Below are positions 11,326-24,233 of a stretch of DNA of 64,000 nt, in pieces. The notes under the pieces were generated by a model. That model had not been told where the DNA came from and did no database searches. It worked only from the letters and a program-made list of their open reading frames with translations. Each line of letters starts with the position of its first letter. Position 1 is the stretch's first letter. Position numbers and translations under genes: made by a program. This DNA is from Azolla caroliniana (taxonomy: Eukaryota > Plantae > Polypodiophyta). The DNA lies in contig JBHGNT010000001.1 in NCBI GenBank assembly GCA_043228905.1, forward strand, positions 31,124,001 through 31,188,000, written 5' to 3'.

Positions 11326-14300
11326 CTATAGGCTCTTGTCATGTGGTAATAGCCAATCACCTTTAATGAACGATGCCAACTCCACTGGAGCTACAACACG
11401 GTTTAACCAATGTTGTAGTGCCTCACCTTCAATCTTGTCATCAGCTGTGGCAAAACAATCAGAAATAATGATGCATAGATGTCAATGTGTCATCAAGAAG
11501 GAAGATATTTTCAAAGAAGAATATATTTTTCTAGGATGTCATAATACCTTCAAGCTGTGCACCGATGCCCTCCAAAACAACAGGATTTGAACGTATAACA
11601 AGGAGGGCCATTGAAAGCGCTGATTGCAGTAAAATTCTTACTTCCCGTTGAACAAGATCAACTGTGTGACCCTGCTTCCCCAATGCATGAATAGAGAAGA
11701 AACAAATCAATAAATGATACAAAAAATTTAAAAATAGTATATGCATATTTAAATAGAAAAGGAAAATAGGAAACCATGACAATCATTGAGATAATCACCT
11801 GATCTTTAGCCCATGGAAAAGCAGACCCAGAATCATCTAGACCCCCTCCAGACAAGGTTGCCAAAGAAATGGGACCTATCGATGCATTTAGTCCATATTC
11901 GGCAACTGCCTTATAAGCAAAATCTGTGGCTCTTCTAATATCATCCAAAGCACCAGTAGAGACCCGACCCGAATACACCACTTCTTCAGCTGCTCGGCCA
12001 CCCAGCAACGTCACAAGGCGTCCTCTCAGCTCATCCACAAAAAGCAAGTACCGATCCTCAGTGGTGGGTGGGATGTATGTGAATCCAAGAGTTCCACCAG
12101 ATCTAGGTAATATGCTAAGCTTCTGTCACATTTCAAAATAAAAATAAAATATTCATCAAATTATAGAGAAAAATATTGAAATTCCTACAACTATGAGTTA
12201 AAATGTACAATTTTCAGGGGATCATAATATACCTCGACACGGGCATGGCCTAGAAGAAGGCTGGCAACTGCAGTCCCAACAACAGCATGTCCAGCTTCAT
12301 GTCTTGCAACCACTCCTTTCTCTGATTCATGGAGGGATGAACGTTTCTTCTCTATACCCTGCATAGGGAAATGATTATGATTTAAGTTCAAAGTGTCCAG
12401 TTAGGTTATAGATATATTAGCATATACACATATATACAGTCCACAACTTTGCATATTTCCTCAAGGTCAAAGATGCATAATCAGAATGGCCAGTTGCTGG
12501 AATATTTTCTTGTTGCTCTCTGATTAATCTTCGCCCACTTCTAAATTCAATTTTCAATCCCACCAACATGAATAAGGTTAATCCCTACTATGCCACCTTC
12601 ATCTGAAATATAATCATCTACCACACACATCAATCTCAAATATTAAATATCTCTGTTAACTCTTCTGCAAAAAACCTTTGATCGATAAAATTGTCTTGCA
12701 TAAACCAGTAAGTTTCATGCAGCACCCAGTAAGATTCCACATGATTATAGCTGCATCCAGCACATGAGCTGTCAAGCATGAACTCTATGATCTCTTTGTA
12801 GCCAGCATTGCCCTCTACTTCCACCCGCTATAAGAGAGACCTTGAAGTTTTTGAATCCATCAAAAGTTACTAAATTATAGAGGTCTACTCTATTAGCTTC
12901 AAAACAAATTCAATTGCAAACACTTCAAATTCAACACAATTCTCTGGCAGTGGGACGCTTTGAGATCAACCAAATCTACTCTACTTCTTGGTAGATTTAA
13001 AGTGGGCAAAGTTCCTTGACATCATTCTTATGTGCTCATACATTCCTTGACTATCCCTAGAGAAGACTTTGGTTCTCATCATCTAACCTCCAACTAAAAT
13101 CTAAGAGAGTGGTATATCATGATCATGTCACATTTCATCATGGCCTTATCTGGAGAAATGGTTGGCCTGAATTTTCTTTACTGCATCTACTCACAAAATC
13201 CTATATTCACAAAGTATGCCAGCATCCAAAGAATGAATTCCAACTCAGTAATTGAGGGAAGAATCCAGTCCTAACTTTCCAGCATCAAAGTATAGCCCCT
13301 GATGATTAGATCTTTAATGGAATGAGCACTCACCGCTATAGCACGCTCCACTGCTCGTGAAAAATCATCTTTCTCCACCTCTGTCTTGTTTGCCCGTCCA
13401 GCAAGCAAAGCAGCTTCATTAACGAGGTTTGCTAAGTCTGCCCTGTATGATAAAAATACTATTTAGATTGATATACACATGTTACATTGACTATACACGT
13501 ACAATGTAGAAATGGAAATACCCAGTAAATCCTGATGTTGATGCAGCTATTGTATTAAGATCAACATCAGCAGCTAGAGGAAGTTGTTTCTTAGTGATAT
13601 GAACATCAAGAATCTCCTTTCGGCCACGTCTATCTGGAGGTTCTACCTGTACATGATTGGAGATTTATGTTGTTACACTCGTTATCTACAAATATCTATA
13701 TATACAACCAAAACAAAAATAAAAGTACCATCACTATGCGATCAAATCGACCAGGCCTACGCAATGCAGGGTCCAATACATCTGCTCTATTTGTAGCTCC
13801 TAGTACAATCACTGTTGAAGCACTATCAAATCCATCGAGTTCCTACATAAATAACTACAATCCTGCCATCACATACCACTCCGTGGAAATGAGCGTCAAC
13901 ATATATTCTCCAGTTACTTACTGTTAGAAGCTGATTAAGAGTCTGTTCCCTCTCATCATTGCTTACACTACGAAGACGGCCATCACGACCCTTGGCCACC
14001 GCATCAATCTGTAAATCACATCAATTCAAAATGTTTCGGAATCATGTAATACTTATCGATCCTACTGAAATGTTTGGATGATAATGAACTTTAAAGCCAA
14101 ATCAGCTTGAAGAAAGAACTAACCTCATCAATGAATACAATTGATGGAGCATCCTTTTTTGCCCTAGCAAAGAGGTCGCGCACACGAGAGGCTCCCATGC
14201 CTACATAAAGTTCGACAAATTCACTTGCTGAGCAGCTAATGAAGGGTACATCTGCCTCACCAGCCACAGCTTTGGCAAGCAATGTCTTCCCAGTTCCCGG

Positions 14301-16846
14301 AGGACCAACCTTATAAGCAAAGGATCAAACTCGGTTTCACATGTAGATAAAATCACTATTTATGGCTCAGTTCTACTAAATCTGGCTATAGAAACTTACC
14401 AGTAGCACACCATGTGGCGGTCGGGCACCAAGCCTTGAATAGCGCTCAGGACTCCTCAAGAAATCCTGCTCAAAGTTTAGAAACTCACAAATTACTAAGA
14501 TACATGAAAGGGCACATTACTTTATACAAATATCAATTCAATAGCCTTAGCATTTAAGGAATCAGATACTCATCTTATACCCATCTAAATAAATGAAAAA
14601 CCTTCTGAGAAGAGAATAGCACTTATAAGGTACGATAAAATGTAATTGGCATGTAACCATCAATGTGTTGTAGCTACTGTACTCCATAACTAATCATCTA
14701 ATTTAAACTACAGTAAATTTCCCAACAACTCTACAAAGAACGAGCGCACGGTATGCTAAGTGCTTCAGAAGACCATACTGAGAGTTCAATCTTAAAGTGA
14801 ACAAGAGAAACCTCATGTCCACATACCACTATTTCTTCCAGCTCTTCTTTAGCTTCATCAACCCCTGCAACATCTGCAAATGTGATTTGACCCCCTCGTT
14901 CCTTGCTTCCACTCACATCTTTCTGGTGTCTTAATCTACCAGTTGAACGCTACAGCAATTATAGAAAATAAGCAATACTAACAGATTTCCCTGCTTGAAG
15001 AAAATGCCTGAATAAATGCTAATACGTTACTTGTGGGAATTTGATTGGAATACGCCCAAGTAGACCACCAATGAGGCCAATGTACAAGAGCCCTATCTGC
15101 ATTTAGACAGTATAAGTCAGTTTGTTGCAGTTAGCATCTGACAATTTTGTGTATTAATGAGGAGATAGTGACATCGATGCAAAGGTCTTCTGTTTTCTTC
15201 AGCAGTGTTTCAAGCCCAAGGTTCTCTTATGGATAAATATTATATCTGTGATTATAGTTATGGGAGGATGAGAAAAAAAACTAATAAATGACTCCTCCAA
15301 ATTTTCAATAATATTGCATCAAGATATATTTCATTCCTTTCTACTCAGTTCTATATCAATGTCTATTGTGTGAACTAAAATAATTCTAGCATAATATCAA
15401 TGAATTGGAATCCCTCTCTTCTTACTTCATTCTCCATACAAAGAGATCCTTATGAATAAGTACAAGAATTCACACTACAACAAACATTGCCCAACGCCAC
15501 CTCTTTCATCCATCCATACTTTTCAGCTTTTAGTCCATCAAAAGAAAATTGTGAAAGAAAATTCTTACCAAAACTGAATTGAGAAGCCGTGCGGATCTCC
15601 TATCAGGAGCACCAAACTCAACTCCATAGTCAACCATTTTCTCATAAGGTGTTGTCATGTCACTTGGACGGATAGTAGTATAGACGATATGTTTCGAGAC
15701 TGACGCTGATTTCATTAATGGTGCTAACGTCTCTCCATCAACTGAATGAGATTTACTGACATCTTTTGAGAGCTCTTCTTCAGCGAGTAAACCAGCAATT
15801 TGTTCCTTCAAGACAACTTCTCGAGCATTTGGCCTAAGTGAAAATGTCAAGTGAACTCCATCTACTTCTACTTTCTCAACTTCATTGCAATTGATTCGAT
15901 GAAGAAAATCACTGAAAGCAACATTGACATAGGTAGTCGAAACATGGGTTTCTATTGGAGCCCTTGATCCAGGTATTGGAAAACTTGGCCGAAGCAAACG
16001 CATCAAGAAAATCACAACACTCAATTGTAGAAGAAAAGCTCCCACTTCATGAGCTTGAAGAGAAGAAGTTCCATTCTTCCAATTCCATATCCAATTCCAT
16101 CTTTTTGAGGGTGATGGCCTCTTCCAAGACTGCCAAAAACTCGAATTGTGCTCTGATGAATGTTCTTGCCTTCTACTTGATGAACTAGGATTATTATTGT
16201 TCCCATCACTTCCACTGTCATCCTCATTACTTGAGCTCGAGTTTGATGATGAACTGGTACTAGAGGTACCTGAAGAAGAATCAGGTTGCTTTTCACATGA
16301 ACTTTGAGCACTAGAATTTGTCATAGCAAATAATGGTGATGATCTATTCCTCCCAATCAGAAGTTGAACAGACAGTTTTTTCGTTCCAGCAAATGAATCC
16401 TTCATTCCAACCACGGATTCCTTCTTTCCATGGGAAGGCAGTGCAGCTACAAAGTATCGCCTTTCAACACAATATTTCTCTCGAAACTTGAGCCTTTGAT
16501 CTATCTCTTGATATCTTGATCGAATTTCAAATTTGAACCTATGAAATCTGAGAGTTTTCTGATTGGCCCCTGGAAAATGGGACCGAAATTCAAGATTACA
16601 TTCAATGCCCCGTAGCTGTGATCGAAATTTGAGACTTTGATGATCAATCATTCGAAACTGTGATTGCAACTTGAGAGTTTGCAGATCAATCGCTTGAAAT
16701 TGTGATCGAAACTTGAGGTTTTTCCGATCGGTATCTCTAAATTGTGATTGAAACTTGAGTTTTTTATCTGAATAATTTGTGGGATGCAGTTCCAAGAGGT
16801 TGTACTTACCACAACACGCGTTCGTGAATAAAACCGCCATAGTCAT
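11326..16846 (-). CDS. FTSH7/9: ATP-dependent zinc metalloprotease FtsH7/FtsH9, chloroplastic (multi-exon; start at Met 16846 or 16840)
   Basis: Exons encode [20 protein letters not shown], Walker [32 protein letters not shown], Walker [23 protein letters not shown], zinc motif [33 protein letters not shown] and the last exon [28 protein letters not shown]...SL*. These match Arabidopsis FtsH7/9 as I recall it. The ORF track's extension to 17395 is low-complexity sequence. Confidence 0.93.
16481..16768. repeat. 42-bp tandem repeat (~7 degenerate units; reads as xxLKFxSQFxxxDx on -)
   Basis: Recurring tgtga-t[ct]gaaa[ct]ttgag at about 42-bp spacing. Confidence 0.85.
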
Positions 16847-17074
16847 TGCTAAACAAACATACCCAAAAGATCCTGCTGTGGTTTTTCTACCCTGCAGGAA
16901 AGGAAGCGGAAACCTAGAAGAAGAAGTGGAAGAAGAATACCAGATGTATCTATACAAAATGTGCGATCGGATTGGATCAGCGATGAAAATGAGCAACAGC
17001 GACTCCTGCAATGGAGGCCAATTCGAGAGACAAAGATAAAAAAACGAAACCCTCGAATCCCGGGGATTGAAGGG

Positions 17075-17330
17075 GAGAGAGACAGAGACAGAGACAGAGA
17101 CAGAGAGGGATATGGTGTGAAGGATATCGCAATACAATGGTAGCCATACTTTGTGTGTATTTATGGATGTGTCTACATTGTATGCATGCATCGATGTATG
17201 CATGTATGTATGCATGCATGTATGTATACATACATATATGTACGTAAGTACGTATGTTATGTATGTATAGGAAGCATAAAAGTATGTATACGACGAACAA
17301 GCAAGTATGTACATATGTAATGATGTGCGT
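17075..17330. repeat. (GAGACA)n and (TATG)n-like low-complexity tract upstream of FtsH7/9
   Basis: Seen directly. Confidence 0.8.
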
Positions 17331-18018
17331 GTGAGTGGGTGAGCGGATGGGTGGTTGAGTGGTGATACAAGGGTTGTGCTCGCAATACATGTCAATGCTA
17401 TATGTATGCTCCGTGGGGAGGGTACAAAGCAACATCATCACCTGTGGACACGACACCAGACTCTCACTTCCAACGATGCATATCATTATGATTGGTCCAC
17501 ATTTAACGTTGCGTGCTAAAAAGCTCGAGAAAGAAAGAAAGATATATTGACGTCTTCTAAGACAAAAATTGGCCCATGAGACAATTGGTTTACAACAAGA
17601 TGGGGTATTTACCCATTCATCAAAGTAAAAAAAATTATGGGATCCTCACCATGACATGGATGATGGATGCAATGGAATATATGTACGTGGCATCGTGGAC
17701 GAGCACATGGGCAAAACAAAAAACAGACCTCGCCAAGAAGCATACCATGGTGAAAATTGACATTATGGACTTCCACCTACATTACAATGCTCGTCTAGTT
17801 GTATGTGTTAATATTCCTAAATATATTGATTGTTGTATGCCATGTGTAATTAGAGAATTTTGCAAGGGCCATGTTGAAAGGTTGAACCCCACAACACATG
17901 AATGCATCAAAACTTTGTTTTGCGAGAGATTAATGTACTATAATTAATGTGATTGATGCTCCTCGTCTTTTGTTGTCATGTATTGTGCAAACTTTGAGAC
18001 CCTCATTGCATGTAAAAT

Positions 18019-18385
18019 TGCAACGGTTCGCTTCGGTTTGAGAGTGTCAAAACCAAACCGTTTTATTTTTTTGAAACTTGAACTGAACCAAACCAAACTG
18101 TTAAAACCACAATTTCGGTTTTCAACTTAGGTCAAAATTCAAATTTACAATTTAAAAATATTTCATTATTTTAAATTTTAAAGATTTTCCTAAAATGTGA
18201 GAATAAGGCTTGAAAATGAAAAGATTCTTTTAAAAAATTGTAAAAAATTTAAATAAAAATCGTTAAAACATTTAAACCGCGGTTTCTAACTGTTGAAACT
18301 GAACCGTTTAAACTGTTAAGCTGTTAAGCCACGGTTTCTCAGTTCAGTTCGATTCAAACCAAACTGTTCGCGACCGTTAGTTGCA
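18019..18385. mobile_element. Putative non-autonomous DNA transposon (MITE-like) with imperfect terminal inverted repeats and AACCG/AACTG subterminal repeats
   Basis: Left end tgcaacggttcgcttcggtttg versus reverse complement of the right end tgcaactaacggtcgcgaacagtttgg. Many aaacc[ga]/aactg motifs flank an AT-rich core. No target-site duplication identified. Confidence 0.5.
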
Positions 18386-20853
18386 TGCCACTTTTATATA
18401 TTTGATTATAGTACTCTTCACAAATACCTTGGATCATATACCGACTATATCATGAGCTTCCAACTACTACTTTCTTCATTAGACAATGTGTTGTGTGATT
18501 TCCTATATGGACGGTTGGAATCTTGTGACCTCAAAATTATTTGAACATGACAATATAATCTAGAAAGCATCATGTTTGTGATTATGTCATGAATATTGAA
18601 TGTTTGTAAAGTGCCTTGAGCAACAAGTGATTGCATTGCATATCAACAAGATAAATGTATTGATGAGCCTAAGCTAACCCAAATCAAGTCCAGTGTGGTG
18701 AATTGAATTGATGTCTCACTAGTGCCAATGGCCCAATAACATATGTAGTTCGTTGCAAGACACGGAAATAATGGTGGATGTCAAATGTAGAATTTTATAT
18801 GTCACCTACAATTTCATGGGATGCGCGGTTTTAAAACATGGCTGACTTGTTGGAATGGCAAACTTCTAAGTTGGCCATCCAATGACATGCTAAAAATATT
18901 GTTATTTTGTCCAAGTGCAAATTTCTCAAATACTTTAATAAATCCATACAATACTCTATAAAATGCCATGTATTTATTTCCTAGCTCATGTAGTATAAAA
19001 ATGACTAAATAAACTATCATAATATCATAGAATGATGATGCAATCCACCCCTAAACAAAAGCACGACATAAATTCATATAATATAATACGAAGATGATAT
19101 TTTAACACATATGTCACGACATAATCATTGATTAACATTATGTCATGGTCAATGATCCAATTCAGCTATTATTCCAAGCTTTAAAGTCAGCATTCCACAT
19201 AATCTTTTCAATTTGTTTTCATTTAGCGTATGATGATGGCCATGGAGTCATGGACCACAACCACCAATAAAGTTTAGGTTTTCAAGAGAGTTGGTTTCAA
19301 TTTGTTATTTTTATTCCTATTAGTCATTGAAAACCCTTGTTCTCAAGCATGGTTGATAGGGGAAACAAGAGAGCCATCCATCAAAGTTTCAATAAACATT
19401 ATCACAATGATTGAGAATGGTATATAGGTGCACTCGATGCATAACGTACAATGAATGGTAGAATGACTAACTCCAAAGCATGCTTTGGATTGGACAACTT
19501 GTCAATGCACAAATCCTTGTCCATGGGAGCATATGACAAAATTGCATGTAGTTCATGGTAAGCATATGGTTGATGGACACCTAAAAGTAGGTGTTTGGAG
19601 ATGTCAAAGTTCCCCAAACTACTATGTAGGGACTCATGGAGCAAATAGGACCATGCTTTTCATGTCCTCCTCCTGGGGTAGTGTCCAAAGTAATCGTTCG
19701 AAGCATACATTATGTTTTTATTGCAATAAATGGTGGAGAGGAGATCATGTCTCCATTTTACATGTATATTCATCTCGTTTAATTCCTAACGAACTCTTAA
19801 CATTGTTGATGTTTACTAAGAGGTTGAACCCACTCTTTCCAGAATAACCCCTTTCTTTTCATTTATGTGCTTAAACCATATGGTTCCAGTGATTCACAAA
19901 AACTAGCCAACCAATTACCAAAGAACCAACATTGTCGATCTTTAAATCATGCTTCTTGACCATGGTAATAATGGTTAGTATTATGAACCCATAAGAATCA
20001 TAATTGATCACACAACAATATATTTAGGAAACTTGCACATTTTCACCCCCATAACAATCCATCACACCGCACGCACATACTAACAGTTATTCTTTCTCCC
20101 TTACATTATTCTCAATTAATCAATGCACACGGATCCTCCCCAATATAACAATTGTAACCACTAGTTTGTAGCATCAAGGACGAGTTACGAGTTGTGAAAG
20201 AATAACATGTTTGGTACATATTTCATATATCTCTAGGTCACAAAATTGTTTTTAAATCATGAAAACGATTATTATTGATTGTTTCTATGAAGGAACCTAT
20301 ATTGAATATTATAATCATAACATATACCATATCGATTGTGACATATGCTATGTTATTTTTGGGATGGGCACTTTACAAAGTTTATCGTCTATGGATAAGT
20401 GAAGCATTTCTCCCCTACACGCGTTGATGGGTAAAAACAAAACAAGTCATAACTCTTTTCTAAGTGGTTTTAATGTAATGTCACACGTGTTCGAAAGCCT
20501 TGGACACATGGAGGACCATCAATTCCTTCCTTTTGAACGTGTTTCTCTCGCATCGAGGGCTGTAATCAATGCCATTTGGGAGGAGATGGCGAAATTTTGT
20601 AAAATGAGATCCCTAGAGCTGCAACCGGAGATGGTTTGCTCGACATTTTTTCCCAAAAAAATATGCGTGCACAACAAAAAAAGGAAGGGTAGTAGAAAGA
20701 GAAGTTTGTGAAGAGAGGCAATGGAGAAGTAGGAGGGGTATTTTTGGTATTTTAGTGGAAATCCAGGGGTATTCTCATAAATGTCACATGGTAGTGTTTT
20801 TTCCTTCTCTTTCATTCAATGTGATCTTGACATAGCCTTGGGATAGCACAGTC

Positions 20854-23800
20854 ATGGCGAGCTTGATATCGCCCACATCTTCCTCATTCTTACAAAAATC
20901 CTCCGCTACAGGTGCATACATACATACTTTACGTTCATATGTTTACACACAGACACACACACATTTTTAAATGCGTACTTCAGCTCTGTCTTATTTGCCA
21001 TAATTAGGAGATGCATATTCTCAAAAGCTCAGAATTTCATTTATTCTATCTACAGGCGTCTCCAGATTAGGGTCTCCTTCTGGTTTACCACTACAGAGAG
21101 TAGCCTGCAAAACCACACTTCGAGTTACATGTCTATTTGGAAGAGGAAAGAAAGAGACCAATGAAAATCCAGATGACGTCTCTAAGAAGGTAGGCTGTTT
21201 TTCCAAAGTTCTTTTGATGTATTCTTAAATATAGTTCTAGAATTTGGTTGCTTTTATATACTCTGAACGATTTTGTTTTGTTCGTGTGTCATCAAAATGC
21301 TGTAGCATTTGAGTACTCACATGTCTTCTCAATTAAGTTGTATGCATTTATTCAAAAATAAGGTTTAACATTTGGTCACGCTTTCGTCTTCTCAATGAAG
21401 TTGAAACATTAGTACGTTTTCAAAAATAGCGTTGTACTACTATCTAGGCGCCTGGATATATTCCAAATGAAGCCATAGCATTTGAGTACTTTTATGTTTT
21501 CAGAATGAAGGTGTAGCTTTTGGTTAGGCTCATTTCTTCTCAATGAAGTTGTAGCATTTTATGTCTTCCAAAAAGAAGTTGTAATATCTGGGTGCACTGA
21601 TATATTTGAAATGAAGCTGGAGCATTTGAGGAATGTCTTCAAAATGAACTCATAGCATTTGGGTGACTGTCTGTCATTTCATTGAAGTTGTAGCATTTGA
21701 TTGTCGTCATAATGAAGTTGTTGCATTTACATGTGTAGATATCTTCTAAATGAAGCTGTAGCATTTGGATGGTCATATATCTTCAAAATGAACTTCTAGC
21801 ATTTGTGTACTTCTATGTCTTTAAAATCAACTAGTAGCATTTGATCAGTGAGGTATGTACTGTTTGCTAAATTATTCATTTAAGTTAGAAAACAAGTTAA
21901 AATCTAATTATATGAAAAACAGGAAAACCTTTGATACTCATTCTGATGTCTTGTAGATGAAGTTGTAGCATTTGGGCACTTATATGTCTTGTAAATGAAG
22001 TTGTACGGTTTAGGTGTTTATTTGCCTTCTTAATGAAGTTGTTAGCATTTGGGTACTTCATTGTTTTTGAAATGGAGTTGTAGCATTTGTATGTGTTTGT
22101 GGAGCATTTGATGTAAACATTTTATTTTATGGTAGGGGAAATTTCAGAAATATGCTTTCAGTATCTATTCATTCAAAAATACAAATAACATATGTGACAA
22201 TTTCATTTTATTTGTCTTAGAATGAGAAAAGAGGATTATTAATCAATTAAGTTGACCCAGAAGATATTAATGAAGGGGTGGGGAAAGTAAGTGGATTATG
22301 ATGAGATTAATAAAAAGGTATACGGTAGCATAAGTGGATTAAGAAGTTTAGGGTACTAGATGTTAGATTAGAGAGATATTATTGCAATAATCTTTGTAGT
22401 ATTTGTATCGTTGTTGGGAGCATTTAGAAATAATGGATGTGGAGGTTATTCAGGATTAAGGATTTGATATGCTTTTGGAAGAATATTCCTGATGTTTTCT
22501 TGTGACTAAAGTTTTCAAGTTTCTGTGCTTCATTATTGTGAGTTCTTTGTGAGGTTGTCATCTTCCAATCTAATTTGCTGGAGACCCATTGTTAGATATG
22601 AAAATCTTATATAAGTTGTTGATACTTCTCAATACCTGGCACATTCAGGAAAAATTTCCCTTTATGTTTTTATGAATGGTTTGGTGGCATCTCGTTGTTA
22701 CTTTTGTGCTACTTGTAGGCATATTCATGGATCGAACTGTGATGCGATATGAATTAGATTTGCATTTTGACATGTTATTCTTCTCTGCAATGCAGGCAGG
22801 ACCATTTGGTAACATGCAGGGCCTGTATGAGACTGTAAGGAAAGCTCAACAGGTAGTTCAAGTTGAATCAGTTCGTGTTCAAAAGGAGCTCGCTGCGTAA
22901 TTCTCTCACATAAATTCTAAGGAAACATTAGGGTTTTTAGAAGATGTTCATATTTTCTGGTATGTCAAAGCTAGTCCATAAACTGAATACTATTCCAGAA
23001 TCTCTCCGGTTGCAAGTTTGGGAATTATGATGTGTGGGCCTGAAATTGGAACACAAGTTGGTGTTTGAAGAAGATTTGGGGAGGCGGAGAGAAGACATTT
23101 GATATGCCATAGAAGTGTATTAGAAAAAACAGTTTTTCTTGCAATTCATCAACCTAATTATCAATGTCTTCATATTGAAACGTTTTATGTCACAATTAAT
23201 GGAACTAGTCATCAACAACATTGTACTGGACAACTGGCTTCCTCCAAACAGATTCATAGCTGGGCTGAAAGAAGTTTGTTATCAAATTATTGGTCTTAGT
23301 TTATAACTGCTCTGTGCAGCAATTATTACAAAGTAAAACACCAGGTTTCTCATGACTATCTTTTCAAGTTGGCTTCATATGGCAATATTATCTTGTAGGA
23401 CAACTTGGGGATGACAATAAATGTGAAATTTGTAGTTTAAAATGAATCTAATTATTTTCATAATGACATTTTCTGATCACTTTATTGTCTCCAACAAATT
23501 TCCCAGCTTTTGAAGTTGGGAATTAGGTGGTGAATACTTAATGCCTTTATTGATTTGGTTTACTTTCTTTAAGTTCACTATGTGAAATCAAAAGAAAAAG
23601 TTAGTTATTTAGGTAAAGCTACTACAACATCTGTAATTTTGAGTCCTGTTTCAGTGCAGAATTTGATGGTTACTGTGAAGGCGAATTAATCAAGGTAAAA
23701 GATGTCAGAACCGCATCTAAATTTTAAACTACTGGATTTCAGCAACTCTTTATCAGTTTTATAATAATTTATGGCCTAGAATTACTACTTGATACTTTTG

Positions 23801-24233
23801 TTTCGGACACTCATGTCATATCTACTCAATTACATGTGTAGGTGACGTTATCAGGAAACCAAGAACCCATCAGTGTGGATATAACTGAAGCAGCCCTGGA
23901 GCTTGGAACTGAGGTGTGCACTAAAAAAGTAATCAATCTTGATTGATTAATTGTAGAAATAGTTAAAAAACTAACAAATATTTTGAAGCTATGATGCAGA
24001 AAGTTGCATTCCTAGTGAATGAGGCATACAAAGCAGCACATAAAAAGAGTGTCCAGGTAAGTCTTTGAGGGGTTTGTTTATTGAAATCTTACGCTATTTA
24101 TGGTGGCTGAAATGGATGTTAATATGCATTTAAGTTGGATTGTGTATTTAACATGGGCATCATGCAGGCTATGAAAGAACGAATGAAGAACCTAGCTGAA
24201 AGTCTCGGGGTGCCTCCAGGACTTGTGAAGTGA
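20854..24233 (+). CDS. STIC2: Plastid YbaB/EbfC-family protein (STIC2/At2g24020/At4g30620-like); exons 20854-20911, 21056-21189, 22796-22896, 23655-23694, 23842-23913, 24000-24056, 24168-24233
   Basis: Ser-rich transit peptide MASLISPTSSSF..., then LFGRGKK...AGPFGNMQGLYETVRKAQQVVQVESVRVQKELAAAEFDGYCEGELIKVTLSGNQEP...AMKERMKNLAESLGVPPGLVK*. All introns GT-AG and phase-compatible. Confidence 0.9.
21295..22110. repeat. Degenerate ~38-bp minisatellite (~21 units in two blocks) in STIC2-like intron 2
   Basis: Core AATGAAGTTGTAGCATTTG recurs every 26-41 bp at 21295-21845 and 21956-22110. Confidence 0.9.

Noticed and set aside
16847-17395. 185-aa N-terminal extension of FtsH in the 621-aa ORF
   Set aside because: It translates (TATG)n and (GAGACA)n low-complexity upstream sequence with no protein-like character.
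16846-20854. Bidirectional promoter or functional cluster of plastid genes FtsH7/9 and STIC2-like
   Set aside because: The starts are 4 kb apart with a MITE-like element and unrelated DNA between them; no shared motif seen.
21295-22110. True CRISPR array
   Set aside because: Repeats are degenerate, the spacer-like halves are short and mutually homologous, there are no cas genes, and the locus is a spliceosomal intron of a plant gene.
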